From an uncultured delta proteobacterium (GTDB lineage: Bacteria > Desulfobacterota > Binatia > Binatales > Binataceae), in assembly GCA_963814035.1 (NCBI GenBank), contig CAWFBH010000005.1, positions 86,019 through 150,018 of the forward strand: 64,000 nucleotides of DNA, read 5' to 3'. This document shows positions 46,842 through 58,991 of this stretch, one piece after another. The position numbers and the translations under genes were made by a program. The notes below the pieces were generated by a model that ran no database searches, was not told the DNA's origin, and worked only from the letters and a program-made list of their open reading frames with translations. Position 1 is the first letter of the stretch, and each line of letters starts with the position of its first letter.

Positions 46842-47396
46842 ATGTGCAGACTTCTAATGGTGGTCATGGCGATCGCGGTGGCTTCGTGCGCCTCGCTGCG
46901 CCCGTCGGATCGGCAGACGGGCGTGGATGGTGATGCGTTGATGGCTCGGTACGATGCCCGCGACGAAACCATTGAGGTGGTCGGCGAGCGGCGGGCTTCG
47001 CAACCTCAGCTCGAGGATCGCATCCTCGCGCTGGTGAATCGGGAACGCGAAAGCGCGGGCGTAAAGCCATTATTCTTCTCGCCTGAACTTGCTAAGGCCG
47101 CACGCCAGCATAGTTTCGCGATGGCGCGGGCGGGATTTTTTGAGCATCGCGGCGCAGGCGAGCCGGAATTGTTCGAGCGCGTGAATGCACTGGGTATCGA
47201 GGCGGACCGGGTCGGAGAGAATATCTTTCGGACCAGTGAGGCCGCGGGCGGGCTGGCTGACGAATGTGTGCGGATGTGGATGCAGAGCGACGGGCACCGA
47301 TTGAACATGCTGTCGCCGGAATTTGATAAGACTGGAATCGCAGTGGGAGTTTCGAATAGCGGGGAGAACTACATCACGGAAGATTTCGCCCACTGA
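46842..47396 (+). CDS. CAP (SCP/PR-1, YkwD-like) domain lipoprotein, paralog of 42867..43400
   Basis: Lipobox AVASC. LVNRERESAGVKPL...HSFAMARAGFFEH...MWMQSDGHRLNMLSPEFDKTGIAV. Confidence 0.8.
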   Translation: MCRLLMVVMAIAVASCASLRPSDRQTGVDGDALMARYDARDETIEVVGERRASQPQLEDRILALVNRERESAGVKPLFFSPELAKAARQHSFAMARAGFFEHRGAGEPELFERVNALGIEADRVGENIFRTSEAAGGLADECVRMWMQSDGHRLNMLSPEFDKTGIAVGVSNSGENYITEDFAH

Positions 47397-47415
47397 TCGA
47401 ATTGACTGCCAAAAC

Positions 47416-47504
47416 CGCCGTGTTCCCCCACGCGGCGTAGGTCGCCATGTTCCCCCACATGGCGAAGGTCGGGATGAAGGTGCGGTTGATGCACCTTCAT
47501 CCCG
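47416..47504 (+). other. three consecutive hairpins downstream of the CAP gene
   Basis: CGCCGTG-TTCCCC-CACG(CG)GCG, then CGCCATG-TTCCCCCA-CATGGCG (47443..47464), then a perfect 14-bp stem CGGGATGAAGGTGC-GGTTGAT-GCACCTTCATCCCG (47470..47504). No U-tract follows. Confidence 0.4.
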
Positions 47505-47679
47505 GCCACCCTCCAACGCAAAAATCCTTTCTTAAGCGGCCCAAGCTTGAGCCTGCGTTTTCTTCGTTAGCCAGAGTCAGATTGGTTGACACCTGCGTCG
47601 TCAGTAGTTTGACAACTCGACTAGCCCATCGGTAACGTCTCATTTACCACCGCCGCTACGAATCAAATTGGAGGACATC

Positions 47680-48318
47680 ATGAATAAGAATTTTGAATTC
47701 AAACAGCTCCTGCGCGCGTTCCGCACCGGGATCATCGATGAAGCGACTTTCGAGCAGGAAATGAAATCGCTGGAGAACGGCGCGCATACCAATGGCAACG
47801 GCGCGTGCAAGTTCATGGCTTTCGGCAAGGCCTACAACTCCGAGCGCGCCGCAGTGATGGCTTTCCTCGAGGCGGTCAGCGCGGCCGAGACCAACGGTGG
47901 CGATACCGTCCGCGCATGGCTGGGCGTATGCACCACAGATTGCATTCGCGGCGGTCTCAAAATGGTGGCCGAGCGCGAGTCGTATCATGGGCGCACGTTC
48001 ACTCAGCGTCTCAATGAACTCGGCGGCACAATGCCGGATCGTATGACCGACGAATTCAAGAAGCAGCTCGCGCATCAGGGCGATGCGAAGATCTCCGACC
48101 TCGCGAAACTGAAGCGCGGCGCCGAGCGCTTCCCGAATCCCGAGGAGACCATCCGCCCCATCTTCGAGTTCGCGGCCGCATTGAAAGAAGACCTGCAGAC
48201 CAAAGAGATGGTGCAGCTCTTTGCCGAAGACGAGCTGTCAACCCTCAAGTGGCAAAAGGCCGCCTGGGAAGGGCTGAAGTCGGGCTACACGGAAGCGCGG
48301 GCATCGGCGATGGCGTAA
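47680..48318 (+). CDS. hypothetical all-helical protein (weak ferritin-like ExxH feature)
   Basis: 212 aa from the ATG at 47680 (GGAGGA 4 nt upstream). AERESYHGRTF contains E-x-x-H. No family confidently recognised. Confidence 0.5.
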   Translation: MNKNFEFKQLLRAFRTGIIDEATFEQEMKSLENGAHTNGNGACKFMAFGKAYNSERAAVMAFLEAVSAAETNGGDTVRAWLGVCTTDCIRGGLKMVAERESYHGRTFTQRLNELGGTMPDRMTDEFKKQLAHQGDAKISDLAKLKRGAERFPNPEETIRPIFEFAAALKEDLQTKEMVQLFAEDELSTLKWQKAAWEGLKSGYTEARASAMA

Positions 48319-48343
48319 CGAAATTACGAAATGGAATAGCGCA

Positions 48344-48374
48344 GGGCGGGACTATCAGTCCCGCCCCTTTTTTT
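48344..48374 (+). terminator. Rho-independent terminator
   Basis: GGGCGGGACT-ATC-AGTCCCGCCC perfect 10-bp stem followed by CTTTTTTT. Confidence 0.85.
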
Positions 48375-48555
48375 GTGCATCGCTACCAACCCGGTCGCCT
48401 TTTGGGCCGATATCCCAGCCGTGACCTAAAAACCCGAAAATTATCGACAGCGATAAGTTGAGCCAGGGCGGTTCGTGGGGACTATTTCCCCGATTCGCGC
48501 GGGCTTTCGTGGGGCGAGCCGCCCGCATTCTGCAGCTTTCCCGCAGTTGGCGCTT

Positions 48556-51500
48556 ATGCAAGTCTTACCCGACTTTCACAGCGCAAACCTTAGCCGATGG
48601 TTTGCCCCCTTTAACTTTAGGGAGGAGAGATTGCGTCCAAGCCGTTGGAGCTTCTTTGATCGATGGAGCTGTCAGTCCTGTCTCCGACTCGCGGTTAGTT
48701 TTCTATTCCTATGCCTGGGTTCCATCGCGCATGCCACCGCGCAGCCCAGACTAGTTCGCTTCTCTCCTAAAGGGACAGTCAAGAATGTTCGCCAGGTGAC
48801 CGCGCAGTTCTCCGAGCCGATGGTACCGCTTGGCAGGGCCTTCGGCGTCACGATGCCGTTCATAGTTGACTGTCCGCAAAAAGGCTCCGCGCGATCGATC
48901 GATACCGCCAGGTGGGCCTACGACTTCGACCATGACCTGCCGGCCGGGATTCGATGCACTTTCCGCCTCCGTCCTGACCTCCGCACGCTGGCCGGGACCC
49001 CGTTCACCTCGCAACCCGAATTTCACTTCGATACCGGCGGCCCCGCTGTCATCGAATCGATGCCGTGGCAAGGTAGCGAGGACGTCGATGAACGACAGGC
49101 GTTCGTGCTGGTGCTCGACGCCGAGCCTGACGTCGCGTCGGTTGTTGCCAATGCGGGATTTTCCGTCGAGGGGATGCCGGAACGTATCGGGGTCAACGTC
49201 CTGACCGGCGCTGACCGTGAAATATTGCTCAAACATTTCAAGTACTTCATCTCCAAGCGGCCGGCGATCGTCCTTCAGGCCAAGCAGAGTTTTCCCAACG
49301 CCGCCGCCGTCAGCCTGATTTGGGGCAAGGGCATCAAGACCGCATCCGGCGTCGGAACCACCCAGGATCAGACCCTCAACTTCAAGACGCGCAAACCTTT
49401 CGAGGCTACCCTCCGATGCGAGCGTGAAAACGCGCATGCCGCATGCATCCCGGTCACGCCGATGTCCATCTGGTTCAGCGAGCCGATTGCGACAGCGCTC
49501 GCGAAACAGATGGCTCTGGTCGCACCCGATGGCTCCCGCATCGCGCCGGCCATCGCGACCGACGATCAAGGGAGCTCGACGATCTCTCAAGTGACCTTTA
49601 GCGCTCCGTTCAAGGAATCGGCGCAGTATAAAATCGAGCTGCCGCCCAATATCGTCGATGATTCCGGACACCCGCTATCAAATGCCTCGCGCTTTCCGAT
49701 GACCGTCGCGACCGGGGAATTTCCACCGCTCGCGAAGTTCTCCTCGCGCTTCGGCATCATCGAGGCGGTCGATCCGGTGCTGCCGGTCACGGTGCGCAAC
49801 CTCGAACCGGACATCCACGGCCATCAGTTGCGCCTGGACGCCGGCGGCTCCGCGAACCAGGACCTGATGACCCGCATCGAGGCGACGCTCTATCGCATGC
49901 CCGACCCTGATGCGGCCTCGGCGCTCGACTGGATGCGCAAGGTTGCCGGCGCGCATCGCTCCGATTCGGTTTTCGCGGGCGGCTCGAACTCCGGCGCCCG
50001 CGAGTTCACCATGCCAAAGCCCAACGGAGCCAAGGCTTTCGAAGTGATGGGCATCCCCCTAAAGAGCACGGGATTTTACATCGTCGAGCTGGAAAGCAAG
50101 CGCCTCGGGCAGGATCTCCTCGATAAAGATGCGCTGATGTACGTGCCGACCATCGCGCTCGTTACCGACCTCGCGGTGCATTTCAAAAAGGGCAATCAGA
50201 ATTCGCTCATCTGGGTGACCGAGCTGGAGAGCGCGCAGCCGGTGCCTGATGCGACGGTCGCGATCGCCGACTGCAACGGCAAGGAGCTGTGGTACGGCAC
50301 GACCGATGGGCGCGGTCTTGCTATGGTGTCGGGCGTCGCGGCATTGAACAGCCTGCCTCGATGCGATCGTCCCAACGATGAGCACCCCGACCCCGATGCG
50401 TTTTCCGACCAAACCACGCCCATCAGCGATCTCAGCAGCGGAGTGATCGTGACGGCGCGCAAGGGGACGGATTTCAGCTTCGTTCATTCCAGTTGGCAGC
50501 AGGGCATCGAGGCGTGGCGGTTTCATCTTCCCAACGATGACCAGTCGCCCAATGTCGCGGCGCATACGGTGCTCGATCGTCCGTTGTTCCGCGCCGGCGA
50601 AACCGTCCACATGAAGCATTTCATTCGCGCGAAAACCCTGGCCGGGTTTTCCATTCCGGTCGCCGGTGATCTGCCGAACTCGCTGTCGATCCGCCACCTG
50701 GGCAGCGACGAACACTATGATCTGGATTTGAGTTGGCAGCCGGACGGCACTGCGGATCTGGAGTGGGAAATTCCCAAAAGCGCCAAGCTCGGCCAGTATC
50801 AGATCGTCATGACCCGGACCCGGGCAGCGACGACCTCGGCGGCGGACGATTCCGCCGACAGTGGAACCTCGACGCAATTCACCAGTGGAAGTTTTCGAGT
50901 CGAGGAATTTCGCGTCCCGCTGATGAGGCGGCGCCATCCGCATGCCGGCGCAGCCGCAAGTTGCGGTGACGCAGCGTGCCCCTCGATGTCAGCGCGGAAT
51001 ATCTCTCGGGCGGCGCGGCGAAGGGGCTGCCGATCACGATTCGCAGCCAGATCAACCCCAACGCGTTTCCGAATTTTCCCGACTTCGAGGATTTCACCTT
51101 CGCCAACGGAGCCGTGAACGAGGGCGTGGTGCGCAAGGCGAGGACACGGAGGGCGCCACACTCCGCGCAGCAACATGAGGGAGTGCATCAGCGCGTCGAT
51201 TTGACCCTTGATGCGGCGGGCGGCGCGCGCACCGAGATCACCGGCATCAAGACCGCGGCGACGCCGCAGGAGCTGCACGCGGAAATGGAATTTCGCGATC
51301 CCAACGGCGAGACGCAAACGGTCTCCAACACAGACCACGATTTGGCCCTCGAAGCGGCTGGTGGGCAATTCGATTCACGATTGGATCGCCGCGAGCCGAC
51401 AAGCCCAAGGCCACATCGCGGTGGTGGATGATAACGGCAAGCCGCTGGTGGGCACGCCGGTGCAGCGATCACGCTCTCAGCCGCAATTGTTACAGCTATC

Positions 51501-54460
51501 GCAAGCGCCTGATCGGCGGGTTTTACGCCTATGAGAATACCGAGGAGGTCAGGCGCGTCGGGGCGCTTTGCAGCGGGTAACACTGACAGTCGCGGCTTGT
51601 TCCTGTGCGAGGGCAAAACCGGGATTACCGGCGAGGCGGTTGCTCAGGTCGCGGTGACCGACGACGCCGGCACATTCGTCTGTCAGCGTACCTCGGAATT
51701 TTATGTGCCCGGCGACATGCGGATGTGGTCTTCCGCGGGCGCGACGATGATCGCATGGACGTGTGTCGCGGAGCAGCCGGAATACCAGCCGGGTGGCGAC
51801 CGCGCGCTTCCAGGTGCGGATGCCGTTTAGCGAGGCGACTGCGCTGGTGACCGTCGAGCGCGAGGGGATTATCGCGGCCGAGCGTGTTCATCTCAGCGGC
51901 AAGAATCCGGTGCGTCACGCTGCCGGTGCGCGACTACGCGCCCAACGTGTTCGTCTCGGTGCTGGCGGTGCGAGGAAGGGTCGGCTCGGATTCAGCCGAC
52001 CGCGATGGTCGATCTGGGCAAGCCGGCGTTCAAACTCGGCATCGCGGCGATCCGCGTCGGCTGGCAGCGAACATCAATTGAAGGTCGGCGTCGACGCCGG
52101 TCGAGCATGGTCTATCACGTGCGCGAAAAAGCCCACGTGAAAATTTCGGCGCGGACCCCGATCCGGAGCGGCGCCGCCCGCCGGGCAGTAGCGTCGCGCG
52201 TCGCGGCGGTCGATGAAGGCGTTGCTCGAACTGAAGCATAACGAGAGTTGGAAGCTGCTCGAAGCGATGATGGACCAGCGGCCGTATCAGGTCGAAACTT
52301 CGACCGCGGAGATGCAGGTCGTCGGCCGGCGACATTACGGGCTGAAGGCGATTCCGCCTGGCGGTGGCGGCGGGCGGCAAATCACGCGCGAACTGTTCGA
52401 TACGCTGCTGTTATGGAAGGCGAACGTCGCTGCTCGATGCGAACGGCGATGCGCGAAGTCGAGGTGCCGCTCAATGATTCGCTGACCAGCTTCAGGATCG
52501 TCGCGATCGCCGGCGCCGAGGCGGGTGTATTCGGCACCGGCGCGGCGACGATCCGATCGACGCAGGATTTGCAGCTATTCTCCGGGGATGTCGCCAATCG
52601 TGCGCCGGGCGACTCGTTCGCCGCCGAATTTACTATGCGCAACGCGTCGGAGCGTCCATTCGAGGCGGCCGTCGCGGGGACGGTTGAGGGCCTCGCAACT
52701 CAGCCGCTCGCCGCAAAAGATCAGCCTCGGCCCGGCGACGGCAAGACGTCAGCTGGAATATCGCGGTGCCGCCGACAACGTCGAGCGACTGAAGTATCGC
52801 GTCGATGCGGTGGTGCCGAGCGGGCCGTCGGACCATCTCGCGAGTCTCGCAGCAGGTCATCGCGGCGGTGCCGGTGCGCACCTGGCAGGCGACGCTGGTG
52901 CAACTCGACAAGCCGGTTTCGCAGCCGGTCGCGATTCCAGCGGACGCGATCGCGGGATCAGGGCGGCGTCGCGGTGCGGCTGAGTCCGTCGCTGACGGCG
53001 GGGCTCGGCGGCATCGAAGCGTGGATGCGCGCGTATCCATACGTGTGTCTGGAGCAGCGCGTGTCGCGGGCAGTGGCGCTGAAGGACCCGGCGTTGTGGA
53101 GAGGCAATCGTCGCCGACTGCCGTCGTACACCGACGCGGACGGGTTGCTGAAGTACTTTCCCGTCGATGCAGAGGGCAGCGACGTGCTGACCTCATATGT
53201 GCTCGCGATCGCGAACGAAGCGGGACTGACAATTCCGGACCGATGCGCAGAGCCACGATGGAAGCGGCGCTGACGGATTTTATCGGGGGCAAGCTCATCC
53301 GCGACGAACCGTTCCCGTCGTCGATCTGCCGTTGCGCAAACTCGCCGCGATCGAAGCGCTCTCGCGCTACGGCAAAGGTCGACGCCGTCGATGCTCGGCA
53401 GCCTCAGGATCGAGCCGAACCTGTGGCCGGACTCCGCGGTGATCGACTGGATGAGCACGCTCGAGCGCACGCCGTCGCTGCCGCGACGCGGCGAATCGGC
53501 TCGACGAGGCGCGAGCAGTCATGCGCGCGCGGCTGAATGCGCAGGGCACCGCGATGCATTTGGCGAGCGACCCGCGCAGTACTCTGGTGGCTGATGGTCT
53601 CGCCCGCGAGCAACATGGTGCGGCTGACGCTGGCGCTGATCGATGACAAGCTGTGGCATGACGACGTGCCGAAGATCATGCAGGGCGCGATTGGCGATGC
53701 AGCAGCGCGGCGCCTGGGAGGAGCACGATCACGAAACGCGTGGGGCACGCTGGCGATCGAGAAATTCGCGGCGGCCTTCGAATCGTCGCCGGTGACGGGA
53801 GTGACGATCGGCGAGGCTCGGCGCGACCAAGCAAGTCCTCGATTGGGCGAAAAATCCTGACGGCGGCTACACTCGATTTTGCGTGGCCGCCGGCGCAGAG
53901 CGATCTGCGATCTCGCACGCAGGCTCTGGAAGCCCATGGGCGGATTATCCGGGCCAGCGCGGCGATTCCGTATCAAGCCGCCATTTTCCAGCGGCTACAC
54001 GATTAGAAAACGCTCACGCCGGTTGACAGCACGCATCAGCGGCGGATGGAGGCAGGGCGACCTGGTGCGCGTGCATCTCAAGATTGACGCGCAGACGCGA
54101 CATGACGTGGGTGGTGGTGGACGATCCGATTCCGGCGGGCGCGTCGCATCTTGGGGCGGCCTCGCGCGCGAATCGCAAATCGCGGTTTCCGGCGAGCAGA
54201 ATCCGAAGCGTTCCTGATGGGCACCCGCGGCGGACTCACCGCGGTGTTCAACAGCGATCTGTCTGGCCCGATTTCGTGGAGCGCCCGTTCAACGCCTTTC
54301 GCGCCTACTACGATACGTGCCGAAGGGTGCGTTCGAGATCGAGTACACGATTCGGCTCAATCAGGTCGGTCACGTTTCAGCTTCCGCCGACGCAAGTCGA
54401 GGCGCTCTATTCGAACCGGAGATGCTCGGCGAGATTCCGAACGCTCCGTTTACGATGTAG
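48556..54460 (+). pseudogene. bacterial alpha-2-macroglobulin (YfhM-type, thioester-containing); intact to about 50920, then many frame changes
   Basis: The 880-aa ORF 48475..51117 carries the N-terminal MG domains (FSPKGTVKNVRQVTAQFSEPMVPLG). Downstream homology continues through at least 15 short ORFs in rotating frames. Thioester motif CLEQ is at 53056..53067, and the C-terminal PEMLGEIPNAPFTM ends at 54460. Confidence 0.85.
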
Positions 54461-54464
54461 CGCC

Positions 54465-56671
54465 ATGAAGATTTTTCGACCGCGCGTCATCATGGCTGGG
54501 AGCCATCGTCATCGCCGCGATTTGCGCGGTGACGTGGCTCTCATCGCGCCGAAGCGCTGCCGGCATCGTTCGCGAAGTGCGGGCGCAATGGCGACCGTCG
54601 GACGCGCAATTGCTCGATCGCAACGGCGAGCCGATTTACGAAAGGCGCATCGATCTCCACGGACGGCGACTCGCATGGACGCCACTGGATGAGATTTCGC
54701 CGGCGTGGAGCGAGCGGTGATCGCGTCCGGAGGATCACCGGTTTCTGACGCATCATGGTGTGGATCTGCGCGCGATTGCCGGGCGATACTGGCGAAAAGC
54801 GTCTTCGGCGGACGTCCGCGCGGCGCGAGCACGATTACGATGCAGGTGGCGGCGATGATCGATCCGTCGATCGCGGCGCAACGCGCGTCATCGGCGAGCG
54901 ATCGCGCAGAAGTTCGCGCAGATGCGCGCGGCGATCGCGCTCGAGCGGCGAGTGGTCGAAGCGCGCAGATTCTCGAATGCTATCTGAACATGGTCACCTG
55001 GCGCGGCGAACTGCAGGGAGTCGCTGCCGCGACGCGCGTGATGTTCGGCAAGGCGCCGCAGGGAGTGATCGCCGGCGAGGCGTCGGTGATGGCGGCGTTG
55101 TGCGCGCGCCGAATGCGAATCGCGATGCGGTCGAGCATCGCGCGCTCAAACTGCGGCAAGGAATTCCCGACGCTGCCGAGCCGGCGATGTCGGAGCGCGC
55201 GATTGATGTGCGCATTCGCTCATCAGGCTCAGCGGCTTCGCGAGGCTGCGAATCTCGCGCCTCATCTGGCGGAGCGGATGCTCACGAAGGAAGTACGCGG
55301 TGCGATGCACGCTGGATCGCGATCTTCAGCGCGTTGCGGCTGAGTGCTCGCGAGCAGGTGGCGGAGGTGCGCGATCGCGGCGTCAACGATGGCGCAGTGC
55401 TGGTGGTCGAGAATGCGACCGGCGAAGTGTGGGCATACGTGGGCGGCGCGGGAGAAATTTCCGGCGCGCGCCGTGGGTCGATGCGGTTCGCGCCTCGCGG
55501 CAGCCCGGCTCGGCGCTCAAGCCGTTTCTCTATGCGCTTGCGGTCGAGCGTCAGCTTGCTCACGGCCGCGTCGATCGTCGAGGACACGCCGCTGGAAGTG
55601 CCGGAGGAGCGCGGGCTCTATCGCCCGCTCGATTACGATCGGCAATTTCGCGGCCTGGTTTCGATGCGCACCGCGCTCGCCTCGTCGCTCAACGTGCCCG
55701 CGGTGCGCACGGCGGAATGGTCGGAGTGGAAGCGTTCGCGACACATCTGCGCGCGCTCGGATTCAACAGCGTCGTACGAGGATGGCGATTTTTACGGGGC
55801 GGCGATCGCGCTGGGTTCGGCGGACGTCACGCTGTGGAGACCTGGTCAAGGCGCTATCGCACGTTCGCCACGGCGGTGTAGTGGTCGCCGCTGCGCGTCC
55901 AGCCCGGCGCTGATGAGGAGGCGCGCATCGCGCGCATCTATCAGCGAGGACACGGCGTACATGATTTCCGATGTTCTCGCCGATCGCGCCAGCCGCAGCG
56001 CAACGTTCGGTCTTGAGAACAGCCTCGCGACGCCGTTCTGGAGCGCGGTGAAAACCGGCACCAGCAAGGACATGCGCGACAACTGGTGCGTCGGCTATAC
56101 GCGGCGTTTCACGGTCGGGGTGTGGGTGGGAAATTCGTACGGGTGCGCCGATGCGCGACATCACCGGGATGACCGGCGCGGCGCCGGTGTGGCTCGAACT
56201 CGTCAGTTACCTTCATCAGCATTTTGGCGAATCCGATGAAGTTACGAGGCCTCCGGGCTGGTCGCGAGCCGCATCGAGTTTCCAAATTCGATCGAGCCGG
56301 CACGGGAGGAGATTTTTCTCGCGGGCACCGAGCCGAATGCCGTTGCGATGCGGCTCGATTCCAGCCGCGCGCGCATCACCGCACCGGTCGACGGCAGCAT
56401 CATCGCGTTCGATCCCGACATTCCATTCGAGCAACAGAAGATCTCGTTCGAGGGGTCGCAGTGTACATCATCGATGCGCTGGAAACTTGACGGCGTGGAT
56501 CTCGGCTCTGCGCAAGGGTCGCAGTTGTGGACGCCGAGAGCCGGCTCGCATCGCCTTGTTTTGGTCGATCGCTCGAACCGCGCGATAGACTCCGTGACAT
56601 TTCAGGTTCGCGGCGCGCTCCGGGCAGACTACGAGACGGCGGTTGATTTCGCCCGTCCGATCGGCGACTAA
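54465..56671 (+). pseudogene. pbpC: penicillin-binding protein 1C (PbpC), multiply frame-shifted
   Basis: All motifs are recognisable but in different frames: EDHRF and RGASTITMQ (transglycosylase), GSALKPF (SxxK), KTGTSKDMRDNW, and a C-terminal PbpC domain ending VTFQVRG. Starts 4 nt after the macroglobulin stop. Confidence 0.85.
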
Positions 56672-56677
56672 CTCAGG

Positions 56678-57971
56678 ATGGATTCCAATCAGAAGCTCTC
56701 GGGCAGGCTGGCCGCCGCGGTGCCGCGCGGAATTTCGATCGCCACTCCAATGTTCGCCGAGCGCGCCGAGGGCGCGGAGATCTGGGACGTCGAGGGCCGC
56801 CGCTACATCGATTTCGCGGGCGGCATTGCGGTGCAGAACATCGGGCATCGCCACCCGCGCGTGCTCGCGGCGGTGCGCGATCAACTCGAGGCGTTCACGC
56901 ACACCTGCTTCCAGGTAACGCCGTATGAGGTTTACGTGCGGCTCGCTGAGCGGCTAAACCATCTCGCGCCCGGACCCGCGCCGAAAAAGACCATCATCCT
57001 TTCGACCGGCGCCGAGGCGATCGAGAACGCGGTGAAGATTGCGCGCGCCGCCACTGGACGCCCCGCCATCATCTCATTCAGCGGCGGTTTTCATGGACGC
57101 ACGATGATGGCGCTGGCCCTGACCGGCAAAGTCAATCCATACAAGGTCGGGCTTCGGTCCGTTCTCCCCCGATGTTTTTCACGCGACGTTCCCCGATGCC
57201 TATCGCGGCGTGTCGATCGAGCAAAGCCTCGCGAGTATCGAGCGGATTTTCCGCGCTGATGTGGAAGCCTCGCGGGTCGCAGCGATCATCATCGAGCCGG
57301 TGCAGGGTGAAGGTGGTTTCAACGTCGCGCCGTTCGAATTTATGCGCGCGCTCCGCACTCTATGCGATCGCTACGGCATCCTGCTCATCGCGGATGAGAT
57401 CCAAACCGGGTTCGGCCGCACCGGCAAGATGTTCGCCGTAGAGCACGCGGGGGTCGCGCCCGATCTCATCGCTATCGCGAAAGCGATCGGCGGAGGATTC
57501 CCAATTTCCGCTGTGATCGGGCGCGCCGACGTGATGGATGCGCCGAATCCCGGCGGCCTCGGCAGCACCTTCGCGGGCAATGCGGTGTCATGCGCGGCGG
57601 GACTGGCGGTGCTTGACGTGATGGAAGAAGAGGGCATCATCGCGCGCGCGCAGAAGCTCGGCACGCATGTGGCGCAGCGGCTTGGTGCGATGCAGCAGGA
57701 CAGCCGTTTCGCGTGCATCGGCGATGTGCGCGGGCTCGGTCCGATGCTCGCGGTCGAGTTCGTCAAGCATCGCGAAAGCAAGGAGCCGGCGCCGGAGCTT
57801 GCCAAGAGCATCACCGCGCGGGCGGCAGAGCGCGGGCTCATCGTGATAAGCTGCGGCATCTATGCGAACGTGATTAGAGTCTTGATGCCGCTTACCATGT
57901 CCTTGGAACTGGCGGACGAAGGTCTGGAAATCCTCGAAGCATCGATGCTCGATGCGCTCGCAAAACTATAA
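56678..57971 (+). pseudogene. gabT: 4-aminobutyrate--2-oxoglutarate aminotransferase; one frame break near 57150
   Basis: ORF 56678..57259 (DVEGRRYIDFAGGIAVQNIGHRHP, SGGFHGRT) joins ORF 57210..57971 (IIEPVQGEGGF, LLIADEIQTGFGRTGKMFA). Removing one G from GTCGGGC restores YKVGFGPFSPDVFH. Confidence 0.85.
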
Positions 57972-57986
57972 CCGCGAGGATCTTAC

Positions 57987-58976
<990 letters not shown>

Positions 58977-58991
58977 CCGGTTTCGCATCGA

